DNA from: Tubulanus polymorphus
Lineage: Eukaryota > Animalia > Nemertea
Assembly: GCF_964204645.1 (NCBI RefSeq)
Contig: NC_134027.1
Span: forward strand, 16,338,485-16,402,484
DNA: 64,000 nt
Direction of reading: 5' to 3'
The notes below the pieces were generated by a model that saw only the letters and a list, made by a program, of their open reading frames with translations, searched no databases and was not told the DNA's origin. The translations under genes and the position numbers were made by a program. How positions within the stretch are numbered: position 1 is the first letter of the stretch; every line of letters begins with the position of its first letter. Below are positions 53,910 to 64,000 of the stretch, piece after piece.

Positions 53910-54480
53910 TATTAGATATAATATAACGCTTTAAAGCGTTCAGTAAAAGTGGCGATGCACGGTGGTTCAAAATAACCGAGTTGACGATCAGCGCCGCCTG
54001 GGAGCAGGTGCGCGAAGGCGGGCTCCTCATTGCAATGAGAAATGGCAAACCAGTAGGAAGCTACAGGACTCAGAATTTGGGCCAAAATTGACATTTTTGG
54101 CCACTAAAAAGGTCATAGGACGAACATCTTGAGTCCGATCGACCCAATTTTCTTATGTTGATGGGCTTATTAATAAAGGTTATTGATAAAAGTGTCTTCA
54201 AAATTTCCCTCGAAAACTTTGACAATGTGTAAAAAGTGCTGATATTGGCGAACAACAATGGCTGCCAGTCGGCCATCTTGAATCTGATAGGGCCAGTTTT
54301 TGGCCAGAAGATGTGTCCAGGGTAGATACCTGTATAAACCAAATATCAAGACATTACCTTGAAGCATCTTCAAAACTTCCCAAAAAAACTGGATTCCGTC
54401 TACGGACGGATGGACGGACAGATGACGGAATAAAAGTGAACGCAATAGCCTGCTGGGACTAAAGTCCCAAGTGGGCTAAA

Positions 54481-55453
54481 AATAAAATTTATTTCAATGA
54501 ATCCAAGAAAAAAATTTTTCACTTGGTACCTTTGAAGTCGGGGTCGGTCGGGTTACGGCAAACAGACCATTAATATGGGGTGGCCTAAAATTCATACGAT
54601 GTCACATATCAGAGGGTGGCTGAATATAGGGTCTTGGAAACCTCTTCCAATGAGGCCGCGGAAGTAAAATACCGGTACAGAAAAAATCGGCTATTAGATC
54701 GTTTTAAATCCTGGATTTTACGACTACAATATTCAGACCTCGACCTATACTTGTAGTTTGCTGCTTAATATTTTCAGATCACAAGAAAATACAATTTATT
54801 ATAAATTCTATCAAACAGAAAACACAGTGCTCATCTTCTGCTACGATTATTCAACCTATTTTCATGTCAAACATCCACGCGTTACAGCATCACCCTTAGT
54901 TGTGTACTGTACAAGCTTGTGTCATGTAGCACTCCGCGCGCACGTGGAGGCCTTGTGTAAGTGAATGTTCGCTTACACTTCAATGTCAATCAAAACAACC
55001 ACCAGGTATTAAAATGAAACAATACCTATGGCGGATGTGTGAAATAATTACATCCTCACCAGCAACTAGCATTTGAAATTCGCACGTAAACGGCACCTAG
55101 TCCAATGAAACGTACACCATTCTATGGCTTTACCATAATTATTTCAGTAGCGCCGGAATTCCCCGTATATCCCAAAAACAGCCAATCCCACTCGCTAGTA
55201 GAGACGACGCCCCCCAATCAAGGTCATTGCAATTTTATACGCGAGAGCTATGAATTTTCCCGCCAAAAACAGTTTTTCGTAGAATTTTAACTCAGTTGAC
55301 CATGTCATCGACGGAGGTTCGCCAAGTCTTCAATCGCATCGATTATACGTTTAAGCCGAAAACCAATGAAACAAATGCTCACATAAAAAAACGTACCGCG
55401 ATTTTACATGAATTGGCTCAATGCCAACATCATATCGCTGACAAAGGTAAACC
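54481..55453 (-). mobile_element. Family A copy 5 (MITE-bearing variant)
   Basis: Near-identical to ~438-1410. Confidence 0.78.
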
Positions 55454-55477
55454 AAACAATTAAGAAATCAACACTTA

Positions 55478-57582
55478 CCGTATTTTCCGGTGTATAAGTC
55501 GAGTTTTTGAGACCAAAAATCATGTCCAAAAAACGTAGGTCGACTTATACACCGGCTACACTTTCGATATCGTTTTAAACTGACGATGTTTAGAGTTCAA
55601 GGTTGGCATGATGAAATGGAATATTAATTTATGTTAGGCTACACTCATACACCAATTAGAATTTAGGATGTTGATAAAAATAGTGTCTTATAGTCTGGAA
55701 ATGTTTCAAAATTAACAAATGTTAACTAGGGGTCCAGGGACACCATGCCCACTTGGGAAGTGGTTCCAAATGCTCAACAATCTAACAATTTCAATATTCA
55801 ACGCCCCCTGGGGACCATATACAAAAACCAATGTCCTTGAAACTCAACACAATCATAGAACATGTCAGCAGCTACGATTTTGTAATTGATTGTGATAACA
55901 AAATATGGCTCGTTACCAATTACATATGGAAATACTAAGTTGTTCTACTATTCAACGCCCCCTGGTGACCATATTCAAAACCCAATGACCTTGAAACTCA
56001 CCATAATCAAAGAACATGTCACGAACTATAACTTTGTAATTGATCATGGTAACAAAATATGCCTAGGTAGCAATACTAGGGGTCCAGGGACACCATGCCC
56101 ACTTGGGAAGTGGTTTCCAATGCTCAACAATCTAACAATTTCAATATTCAACGCCCCGTGGTGAACATATACAAAAACCAATGACCTTGAAACTCACTTC
56201 AATCATAGAACATGTCAGCAGCTTCAATTTTGTAATTGATTGTGATAACAAAATATGCCTCGTTACCAATTTGATATGGAAATACTAAGTAATTCTACTA
56301 TTCAATGCCCCCTGGTGACCATATGCAAAACCCAATGACCTTAAAACTCACTACAATCATATAACATGTCATAAACTACAACTTTGCAATTGATCATGGT
56401 AACAAATTATGCCTCGATACCAATCTAATAAGGATATACTAAGTTATTCTCCTACTCAACGCCCCCTGGTGACCATATAGAATAACTAATGTCCTTAAAA
56501 CTCACCACAATTATAGACAATGTCATGAGCTACAACTTTGCAATTGATTGTGGCAACAAAATATGCTTAGGTATCAATATAATGTGGAAAAACTTTTTCC
56601 CACCCACGAATGAGTACTGATGATACCAAGATGGCCGCCAATTGCGTCATAATTGGCCGATCAAAAATACCTGGCTCAGGTATAAAACATCCCTTTCCAA
56701 AGAATAACCTTCACAAATTGCAATGAGAAATGGCAAACCAGTAGGAAGCTACAGGACTCCGAATTTGGGCCAAAATTGACATTTTTGGGCACAAAAAAGG
56801 TCATAGGACGGCCATCTTGAGTCCGATCGACCCAATTTTTCTTATGGTGATGGGCCCTTGGGGGATTCAAATATCTACGAAAGATCAAGGTAAGTGATAA
56901 AAGCGTCTTCAAAATTACCGTCAAAAAGTTCAAAAAGTGTAAAAAGTGCTGATTTTGACGAACAACAATGGCTGCCAGTCGGCCATCTTGATTCTGACAG
57001 GGCCAGTTTTTGGGCTGAAGATGTGTCTAGGGTAGATACATGTATAAACCAAATATCAAGACATCACCTTGAAGCGTCTTCAAAACTTCCCAAAATAACT
57101 GGATTCCGTCTACGGACGAAAAGTGAACGCAATAGCCCGCTGGGACTAAAGTCCCAAGTGGGCTAAAAATCAAAAGAGAAAGAAAACCCGCCTATATTCA
57201 TTGTACAGTGTTTATAAAAGCCGCGATGCTGTGGCAGCGCGCCAATAATCAATAGGCCTACACAGTGAGTCTAATACTAGACTACACGAGCGCGGCATAC
57301 AACATATACACTATACATTCAACACGTCGATACAAACAATGAGCACTAATTCGGTAATTTAATATTAGAAACAACAGATCCCAATGATTTAATAATGCAA
57401 ACAGTGGTAAAGACTCTCAACTACTATGAGAATGACATAGGCACTGTTTTCAATGTGACATATGTAAACACATGAAGAAGCGACTCGACTTATACACCGA
57501 CTATAGCCCTAGCACAACTTTTTAAACTGAAAATTTGACCTCGACTTATACACTGGGTCGACTTGTACACCGGAAAATACGG
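55478..57582. mobile_element. Tc1/mariner (pogo/Tc2-like) MITE with TA TSD, carrying a nested family B element
   Basis: TA|ccgtattttccggtgtataagtcg ... cgacttgtacaccggaaaatacgg|TA; internal cgacttatacac repeats. Confidence 0.85.
55724..57169. mobile_element. Helentron-like family B, complete copy with ~154-bp satellite and internal head duplication
   Basis: Sub-TIR gcccacttggga (55747-55758) and tcccaagtgggc (57152-57163); terminal hairpin 57133-57165; restart of the head at ~56076; A-rich flanks; no TSD. Confidence 0.8.
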
Positions 57583-57827
57583 TATTCACATTTTTCTTCA
57601 ACCAGAATTTATTTTTTAGAAATTTAGATTTGAAATAGGCCTATAAGTTTGAAAACTATCAAAAATAAAAATTGTGAATCGAGCCATTAATTGTGGACTG
57701 AAGTCAATAGAAAGTATATTTTTGAAGTGTTACTTTTTTCAGCCGTGTTTTGGCCCTTGTCATCCCTAACGTTGGTATAAGCCCATCCGATTAAAAAAAG
57801 CTTACCACCAACGATTAGGTAACTAAC

Positions 57828-57952
57828 CAGGAGCTCAAAAGTTGGTTAAAGATAACCGCCCGTTAAATACCATAGTAACAATGAAATTTCAATTGTCACC
57901 ATATCAACTATCCACTGGTTAACTCTAACCAACTTTTGAGCAACCGGCCCCA
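57828..57952. mobile_element. Short palindromic MITE (Harbinger-like); a similar one lies at ~59130-59240
   Basis: gctcaaaagttggttaaag...ctctaaccaacttttgagc; and ccagttccacagtt...aactgtggaactgg flanked by ctg. Confidence 0.6.
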
Positions 57953-58110
57953 GGTCGATTAAAATATGTAGATTTACGTATCTACGTAAATTTACGTACT
58001 GTATGTAAATTTACGTATTTAGCTATTGAGAAAGTTTGCAAGTTTTCACCATTATACACACTCTTTGATTTTGATGTTTTATCTCAACTCCATTGCATTT
58101 AAAGTTCGAA

Positions 58111-58491
58111 GTGGCTACTCGTACGGACCCGTACGAATAATTCCGTAGGCTATTCGTACGCACCCGTCGGATAACTCTGGAATTATGTGTACGGGAAGGG
58201 ATAGGGTTAGGGTAAGGTGAGGCTATATGTAGTTAAAACATTCGACCGACTGTCAGCGAGCTCGGTGGTCTAGTGGTATGATGCTGCACTAGTAATTTAC
58301 TGGCCCGGGTTCGAGTCTCGCTCGATCCGCTATTTTTCCCTAACTCTATTCTCCACACTTTCCTTGAATTTTCTAAGTCGTGCACCTCTGTACGCATGCG
58401 CGGCGTTAATCGGCCAATCAGCGACAGTTATTAGCATACAGATCCTAGTTCCGTACGAATAGCCTCCAGAGTAATCCGTACGAGTAGCCAC
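58111..58491. mobile_element. MITE with 17-bp inverted repeats containing a tRNA-like segment and gggttaggg motifs
   Basis: gtggctactcgtacgga / tccgtacgagtagccac; A box tggtctagtgg and B box ggttcgagtc at ~58266-58317. Confidence 0.7.
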
Positions 58492-59843
58492 AGCGTTTAA
58501 AGTTATTCCGGAGTGATAAGAATTAAGGAAAAAATTAAAGAACATTCAGGGACGATATATTCCTGCTGCAACTGGCATTAAAGATCGCTAGATTGCCATA
58601 AAAATTATGAAATTATAAGGGTGGCAGCACCAGCTGGCGCATTTGAAGCCCTCGACCATCAAAATCGGTGAAGGATTTTGTGTCGAACTCAATGTTTTAA
58701 ATTTCGAAATCGGCAAAAACCGGCGTCATAGCATTTTCGGTCCAGGCGATTTCGACCCTAATTTCGCGTTTAAAGACAATATAATTCACGAACTATTCAT
58801 TGGAAGTTAGCGGGATTATTTTCGTTAGAAGCAGGAAGCTATTAGCTTTCATAGGCCTATCATGCCTGGATTATCAAAATCGGACGAGAAATAACAAAAT
58901 AGTAAGCGACTGAAGTTAGGTATGTTCATGTCCGCGCGGGACGCCACTATCGATTGTGACGACCATTATTGATTAGGAAAAGTGTGATGCGCATTTTTAC
59001 TAAGCGTTTTGACATCGCGTAGTAAAATCATTCATAATCCTGTCTATCAATGCAAATGAGCTAAAATCTTTTGGAATCAACCAATAAGATCGATCTTTAT
59101 CACTTGGGGTTGGTTTAGTGTATAAATCTGGGTCCAGTTCCACAGTTCTGAGTTTAGATTTGACCCTGGGTTAAAACATTGCAAATGAACTAACTTTAAC
59201 TCAGAGTTAACTCTAACTCACAACTGTGGAACTGGGTCCTGCATTTTAGTTGAAGAAAATAGAAATCGAAATATACCATTTTTCAAGAGCAAAATTCGTC
59301 AGCTTAGGACCCGGAATAAGCGACGAATCATCAGAAATCGGAAGGTTTAGGATCTTAAAATTCAAATACTGAAGACCGCATGATTTTATTTCGTGTCGGG
59401 GCTGAGCGATCGCTGCCGGAAAAGTCGATGTCTAAGTTTAAAGGAAGTAGTGGAAGGGTGATCGAAACTGCAGTTAGACCTAGGTACTACGCATTTTCAC
59501 GCTACTAACCTAATTGTGGTCCGATGCGATTTAAATCGTGGGCCCAGCCATATGCAATTTGATTGATGTTTGCTTGTGAACCATATATATATGAGCCATC
59601 CACGTTCCCGTCTCGACCCGTTACTGTCTCGACCCGTTCTCGTCTCGACCCTACCGTACAATAGCGCCACCACAGTCGATTATTTGAACTAAAACACTAC
59701 GGCGCGTATCGGAAAACTGTACGTACAGTGTACCGCGAACTGAACGCGGCGTCTTCTCACTTAGAAAATTATCGACTTGACAGATTAGTTCGATTTTCGA
59801 CCGCAGCGGCGCTATACGACATTGGACAAAAGAAACTTTCTAC

Positions 59844-59920
59844 CTTTTGCTATAACCCGTTGTTAGAGCAATTTGTGTAATGTTGAAACCATCCACAAAT
59901 CAATCCAATGCGCATGCGCG
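59844..59920 (-). promoter_or_regulatory. Candidate ERC promoter / non-coding first exon
   Basis: Perfect NRF1-type TGCGCATGCGCG at 59909-59920, adjacent CCAAT, a locally CpG-richer region, and a minus-strand donor AAG|gtagaa after 59844. The exon at 46087 needs an upstream exon. Inference only. Confidence 0.3.
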
Positions 59921-60907
59921 AATGCGCTGGACTTAGAAAATTCTGAGAAATATCCACGAAAATTGGGAATCGAACACGCAAGCACAAGAGTTCAAATTCA
60001 AATTCAAAATAACTTTATTGATCCTTTATGTTCAACATATACATCATTGGATTGACATTTTCAATAAAGTGGACAGGACAAACAAGAGACATGGAGAATA
60101 GAAAAAAAAACAAAAATAATAATGGAGCAGTTTAGAAGGAAATTTTAACATAATTAATGTAACAGAGAATAGGCTATAAACATATATACAGTATCATGAA
60201 TGCAGTAGGATAAGAGTATTAGACATTTATTAACTGCAGCCTATATATAAACTTACAATGAATATATACATACATATACGTATACATCCACATACACACA
60301 TATACACACATACATGTGTATCTATATAGTCCACTCAACCCAGAGTAAAGCGGTATCTGTATCCGTGTTTAATTAGAGTTGTGACGAAAGGTAGCTAGAT
60401 CATTTACCAGGTTACATACAACTTTGCCTATTTCAGAATCATTGTTATAATTAGAGAAGAGGAGGGCGAATTGTTTATCAGGGTTTAGGGTTGAGAAGGA
60501 AGGGATTGATGTTGGTGAGATGTTTAGTACGGATTGTTGAGAGAGCAGTGCAGTCGAGAAGGAAATGTTTTTCGTCCTCAATTTGATTTGAGTTGCAGAG
60601 CTTACAGACGGATAGTATTTGAAACCGAATACTTTCATCTGTGATAAGAATACAATTTGTCCTGGAATAAGAAAGCTCGTCATTTTCAAACCCTTATCTT
60701 GCCTCAAATGATTATTCAGTTAATTTCCGGGGAGAGTTGTGGTGATTTAAGGTTTCGATTAGCATTTTACTACCGGCAAATCGTTAAAGAATGAAACAAC
60801 TTCAAAATGTAAGAATCTGAAGTAATCTGAAATTCAAAATAACAAATGATCATTTTATGATCCGTATAAGAGGAGAGGAAACAATTATCTATATAGGATC
60901 TTCGCAG

Positions 60908-60980
60908 GGGTGGATTGAGAGGGGTGGATTGAGAAGGGTTGATTGAGAGGGTGGATTGAGAGGGGTGGATTGAGAGGGGT
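60908..60980. repeat. 14-bp minisatellite (ggggtggattgaga)n
   Basis: About five tandem units, direct read. Confidence 0.9.
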
Positions 60981-62903
60981 AATCCCCTTCTCAAAAAGGT
61001 GCCTTTTTAAGGCCGTTATTGAAATATCTGAAACCGAGGCGGAAAAATCGACCCATTTCTCGTGGTTGATATTGAATATTAATGTTTTCATTTTTGTTTT
61101 CATTTAGCGGGGGCTAAGGCAAATTCGTGAGCAATCGACCCCGAAGTTCTTCCGCCCACATTTTAGTATTTTGTTTTCGATATGATCGGATTATGCCCCT
61201 TTTTACCAAAAATACAACCTCTGCCCTCTGAAATCCTGGGTCCACCCCTACTTGTTGGTCAGCGATTAGCATCACCAACTATTAAATGAAATCTCCTATT
61301 ACACTTCATATTGGGTGTTTTACTTTCTAAATAAAATTCAATACATCAGACATTTAATAAAAAAAACCCTTATTTCAATAAAACTGGTTCCAGGTGTATT
61401 TTTCAGGATTTGAATAAATATCGCCAAACGGTTTGCTACCAATACTTAGAAAACAATGCAGTCATCAAAGCGGATTTGCATGTGCCATGGCGTACACGAA
61501 TTCGAAATAAACCTTTATGAGTTTTTTTTTGTCGTGTATCATAAATCTAAATATATAAAACACACAGTTGCGGTACTTAAAACGTGGCAACTCGACAACA
61601 TGTTTGTTTTTCATCAAGTGACAAATTTTTGTAGCTAAGGCCCAAAGCATAATTTCATAGATCGTTTCAACCCTAAATCCAACACTGATGAGCGCTGTCA
61701 ATGTGTTCATCTTATCATTTCGATTTGAAAAGATTCATTCTTAATCGTCTAGTTTATTTCTCATTCGCGAGTCAAAGATTCGCGAGTTCACAGTTCTTTG
61801 TTAATATTCTGATAAAATAACTCACTTTGTTAATAACTCTGATAAAATGTCGAAAATGAACTGATTTTAAACCAAGAATGCTTGTAGCAAAGTCCTACGT
61901 ACGTGCTACAAGAAATTTGACTGTCCTTTGCGCGAGATCTGATCATTCCATTCATTACTATACTGAATATATCCGTATGGCAAAGAATCTATTGCCGATA
62001 CCGGATACCTAAAGTTAGATCAATCAAGATAGAAAATAAGGCAGATTCGTTTCAGGGATAGTAATTACAAACTCTCCACCAGCCTTCATGTTTGCTGATT
62101 ACCATTTCTGGCCGAAACGAACGTGCCAGAACAGGGGCTGTGGAGCAGGGGAGGGTTAGGAGTCTTTAGTACCCTACCCCACCTCCACCCCCCGATATTT
62201 TGTTACCTCAGAAATTCCAATTGTAAAAAATGTTCCATATCCTCTTCAAATATTCTTTAAATATTCTTGGAGGAGAACCTTCTTAAAAAACTGTGTATGA
62301 CGCTCTCAGTGTTCATCATCACTGCACGGGACGTTAGACACTGCTAGTCGAGCAGCAGTCAGTTGCACGGGATTTAAACCACTTAAACACTTCGGTCAGG
62401 ACTTTGCTTACATTCTAAAGTCATCAAGACGGCGCCTGAAGAGTGCATTAAAATAGACCGAAATTTCAAAGTTTTCCAGCCAAATCTGAAAACATATTTG
62501 CTAAAACAATTTGAATATGCAAATTCACTGCAGAAACATCTGAAAATATGTAGAACTCAAATCGTTTTTTTACGTATCTTAAATCTCGTAATTTTACGTC
62601 CAATCCGATATGAATTAATGCGCGTAATATGCAAATTTACGACAAACACATTGTGCAACGAAAGAATTATTATTATCCGATTAGAATCCGATTATTATTT
62701 TGAAATGAAATACCTAAAATCGAGCACTTTTCGCTGAATTGTCTGCACACTCAAGTCTACAACAACATTCAGGTACAGTCAATTACTGAACGGTCGCTAA
62801 TGTATCAAAAGTATTGATATTTTAAATTTCATTTCGTACCAATGAATCCATTGTAACTAATGTTATACCTTGCAGATATATTCGATGTGATTCATTTTTC
62901 AGA

Positions 62904-63652
62904 ATGTTTACCAAAACTCTTTTCGTCGCCCTCGCCATTTTCATGGTCGTTGGAGCCGTCGCTGCCGAAGGTAATTTGATCTTTCGATTTGATATGAGTT
63001 TCATTCTGACGATTTTTCCCCGTCATACGAAGTCTTCTGTCTCCGTAAGGCGTGACGGTTGCGCGCACGTTATTTTGTTTGATCTTCTTATTCTTAGATA
63101 ACGGTTCTGATTTAACTATTTGGTAACTTCAATTCCTGGACTTGGTTAGAAACGATTCATACCCGTTTTAAACAGGTCGCTATATATGTGGCAAACATTG
63201 ACCTACTACGAGTAGAATTCCGTATCTTAATTCATTCAAGTTTTCATTTTAATGAGTTTTGAAATAATTTTTTGAGGCATATTTTGTTGTTGTTGATTTG
63301 ACGTTTGTATCCTTTGGATAACCACATATTTCTATACCCACGGATGCTCCTGCATAAACCATACACTGTTAAGAACGATACGGTATTTGATGCTTGGTAC
63401 CGAATATTGGTATTTGGAAAATTGAAATCAAGTAGACTCCAGAATAGACAGTCATAACTGAAATCGGATGTTGATCTTAAGTTGTGACGCATGTGTCGTA
63501 TTTTTTCAATTTCAGAAGTCAAAATTGAGAAGAGAGGAATCCCTTGCACCTGCGTCGGCAACGGCAAAAGAGGAACCTGGTGGTTGTTCGGTGGACCAAA
63601 CCATAACTGCTGTAAGGGTAGCGCATTGGCTATTGGAAAATGTTGCTATTAG
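62904..63652 (+). CDS. Secreted cysteine-rich peptide precursor, sea-anemone-toxin/beta-defensin-like; join(62904..62970,63516..63652), 67 aa
   Basis: Exon A encodes the signal peptide MFTKTLFVALAIFMVVGAVAAE and ends G|gtaatt (phase 1). Exon B follows ttttcaatttcag and reads EVKIEKR-GIPCTCVGNGKRGTWWLFGGPNHNCCKGSALAIGKCCY-stop. AATAAA at 63711. A probable 5'UTR intron lies at 62773-62902 (cag|gtacag ... tttttcag). Confidence 0.85.
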
Positions 63653-64000
63653 TTGAATGACTGAATGTTTTCTATCCTTTGATTATTTTGATTTTGTCAG
63701 AAAACGTTCAAATAAAATTGTAAAAAGTACAAATCTCTAGTGATAATTAGCTGTTTAGATGCATAGGCCGAGTTTTGGCCTCGTCGTTCCGGTCTCTTGT
63801 CCTCGAGTCTAGTTGGCGCATTATCCTCTTCATTTATGTCGTGCCGCGCTCGTTATTTATTGTATTACGTTTAACTATTTCGTTCACTTACAAAATTATA
63901 ATTTTTTTACCTTGACCTTTGACTAAAGTTATAATTCTGATACGTAGGCTTCAGTATATACACTGATAAAATTGGGAAATTTGAAGTACATACATAATTT

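Larger units (their letters stand above)
47825..54028. mobile_element. ISL2EU (PHIS group) DNA transposon, both ends present, 2-bp AT TSD
   Basis: AT at 47823-47824 and 54029-54030; imperfect TIR ggggagtcggc/gcgggctcctc plus inner IR caactcggttatt/aataaccgagttg; two convergent genes (THAP-DDE transposase and SAP-SWIM-YqaJ). Confidence 0.88.
47207..54480. mobile_element. Family B copy (47207-47824 and 54029-54480) split by the ISL2EU insertion
   Basis: Joining the halves restores cccatcacaaATtgcaatgagaaatgg, as seen intact at ~22821-22847. Confidence 0.85.

Noticed and set aside
58255-58330. tRNA gene (also 46525-46600 and the B-box fragment at ~18868-18885)
   Set aside because: Anticodon and acceptor stems do not pair properly and the segment is embedded in a repeat.
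60369-60707. 112-aa ORF
   Set aside because: No recognisable domain; lies near a (TTTGAA)n-like tail at ~59995-60010, so probably retroelement 3' debris.
63468-63656. ORF-track 62-aa ORF and the unspliced 62904-63101 ORF
   Set aside because: Wrong frame and intron read-through respectively; the spliced model explains both.

Overview
AT-rich eukaryotic (metazoan, probably invertebrate) genomic DNA, not prokaryotic, so most ORF-track entries are spurious. All alignments and family assignments were made by eye or from recalled motifs; no database searches were run. Two host genes are supported. (1) An ERC/ELKS/CAST/Bruchpilot-family active-zone scaffold gene on the minus strand, with three phase-0 coding exons (45311-46087, 17766-18167, 8013-8180). 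Its large introns are packed with nested transposon relics: ISL2EU, Zator-like, Academ-like, Harbinger, piggyBac, Tc1/mariner MITE, Gypsy, several LINEs, a Penelope-like palindrome, and at least two Helentron/DINE-1-like non-autonomous families, one carrying a ~154-bp satellite. (2) A small spliced plus-strand gene near the right end (62904-63652) that the ORF track misses. It encodes a 67-aa precursor: signal peptide, short propeptide ending in KR, and a 38-aa six-cysteine peptide (GIPCTC...GTWWLFGGP..NCC...IGKCCY) resembling sea-anemone beta-defensin-fold neurotoxins but with a shifted cysteine. This peptide gene is the most interesting finding.
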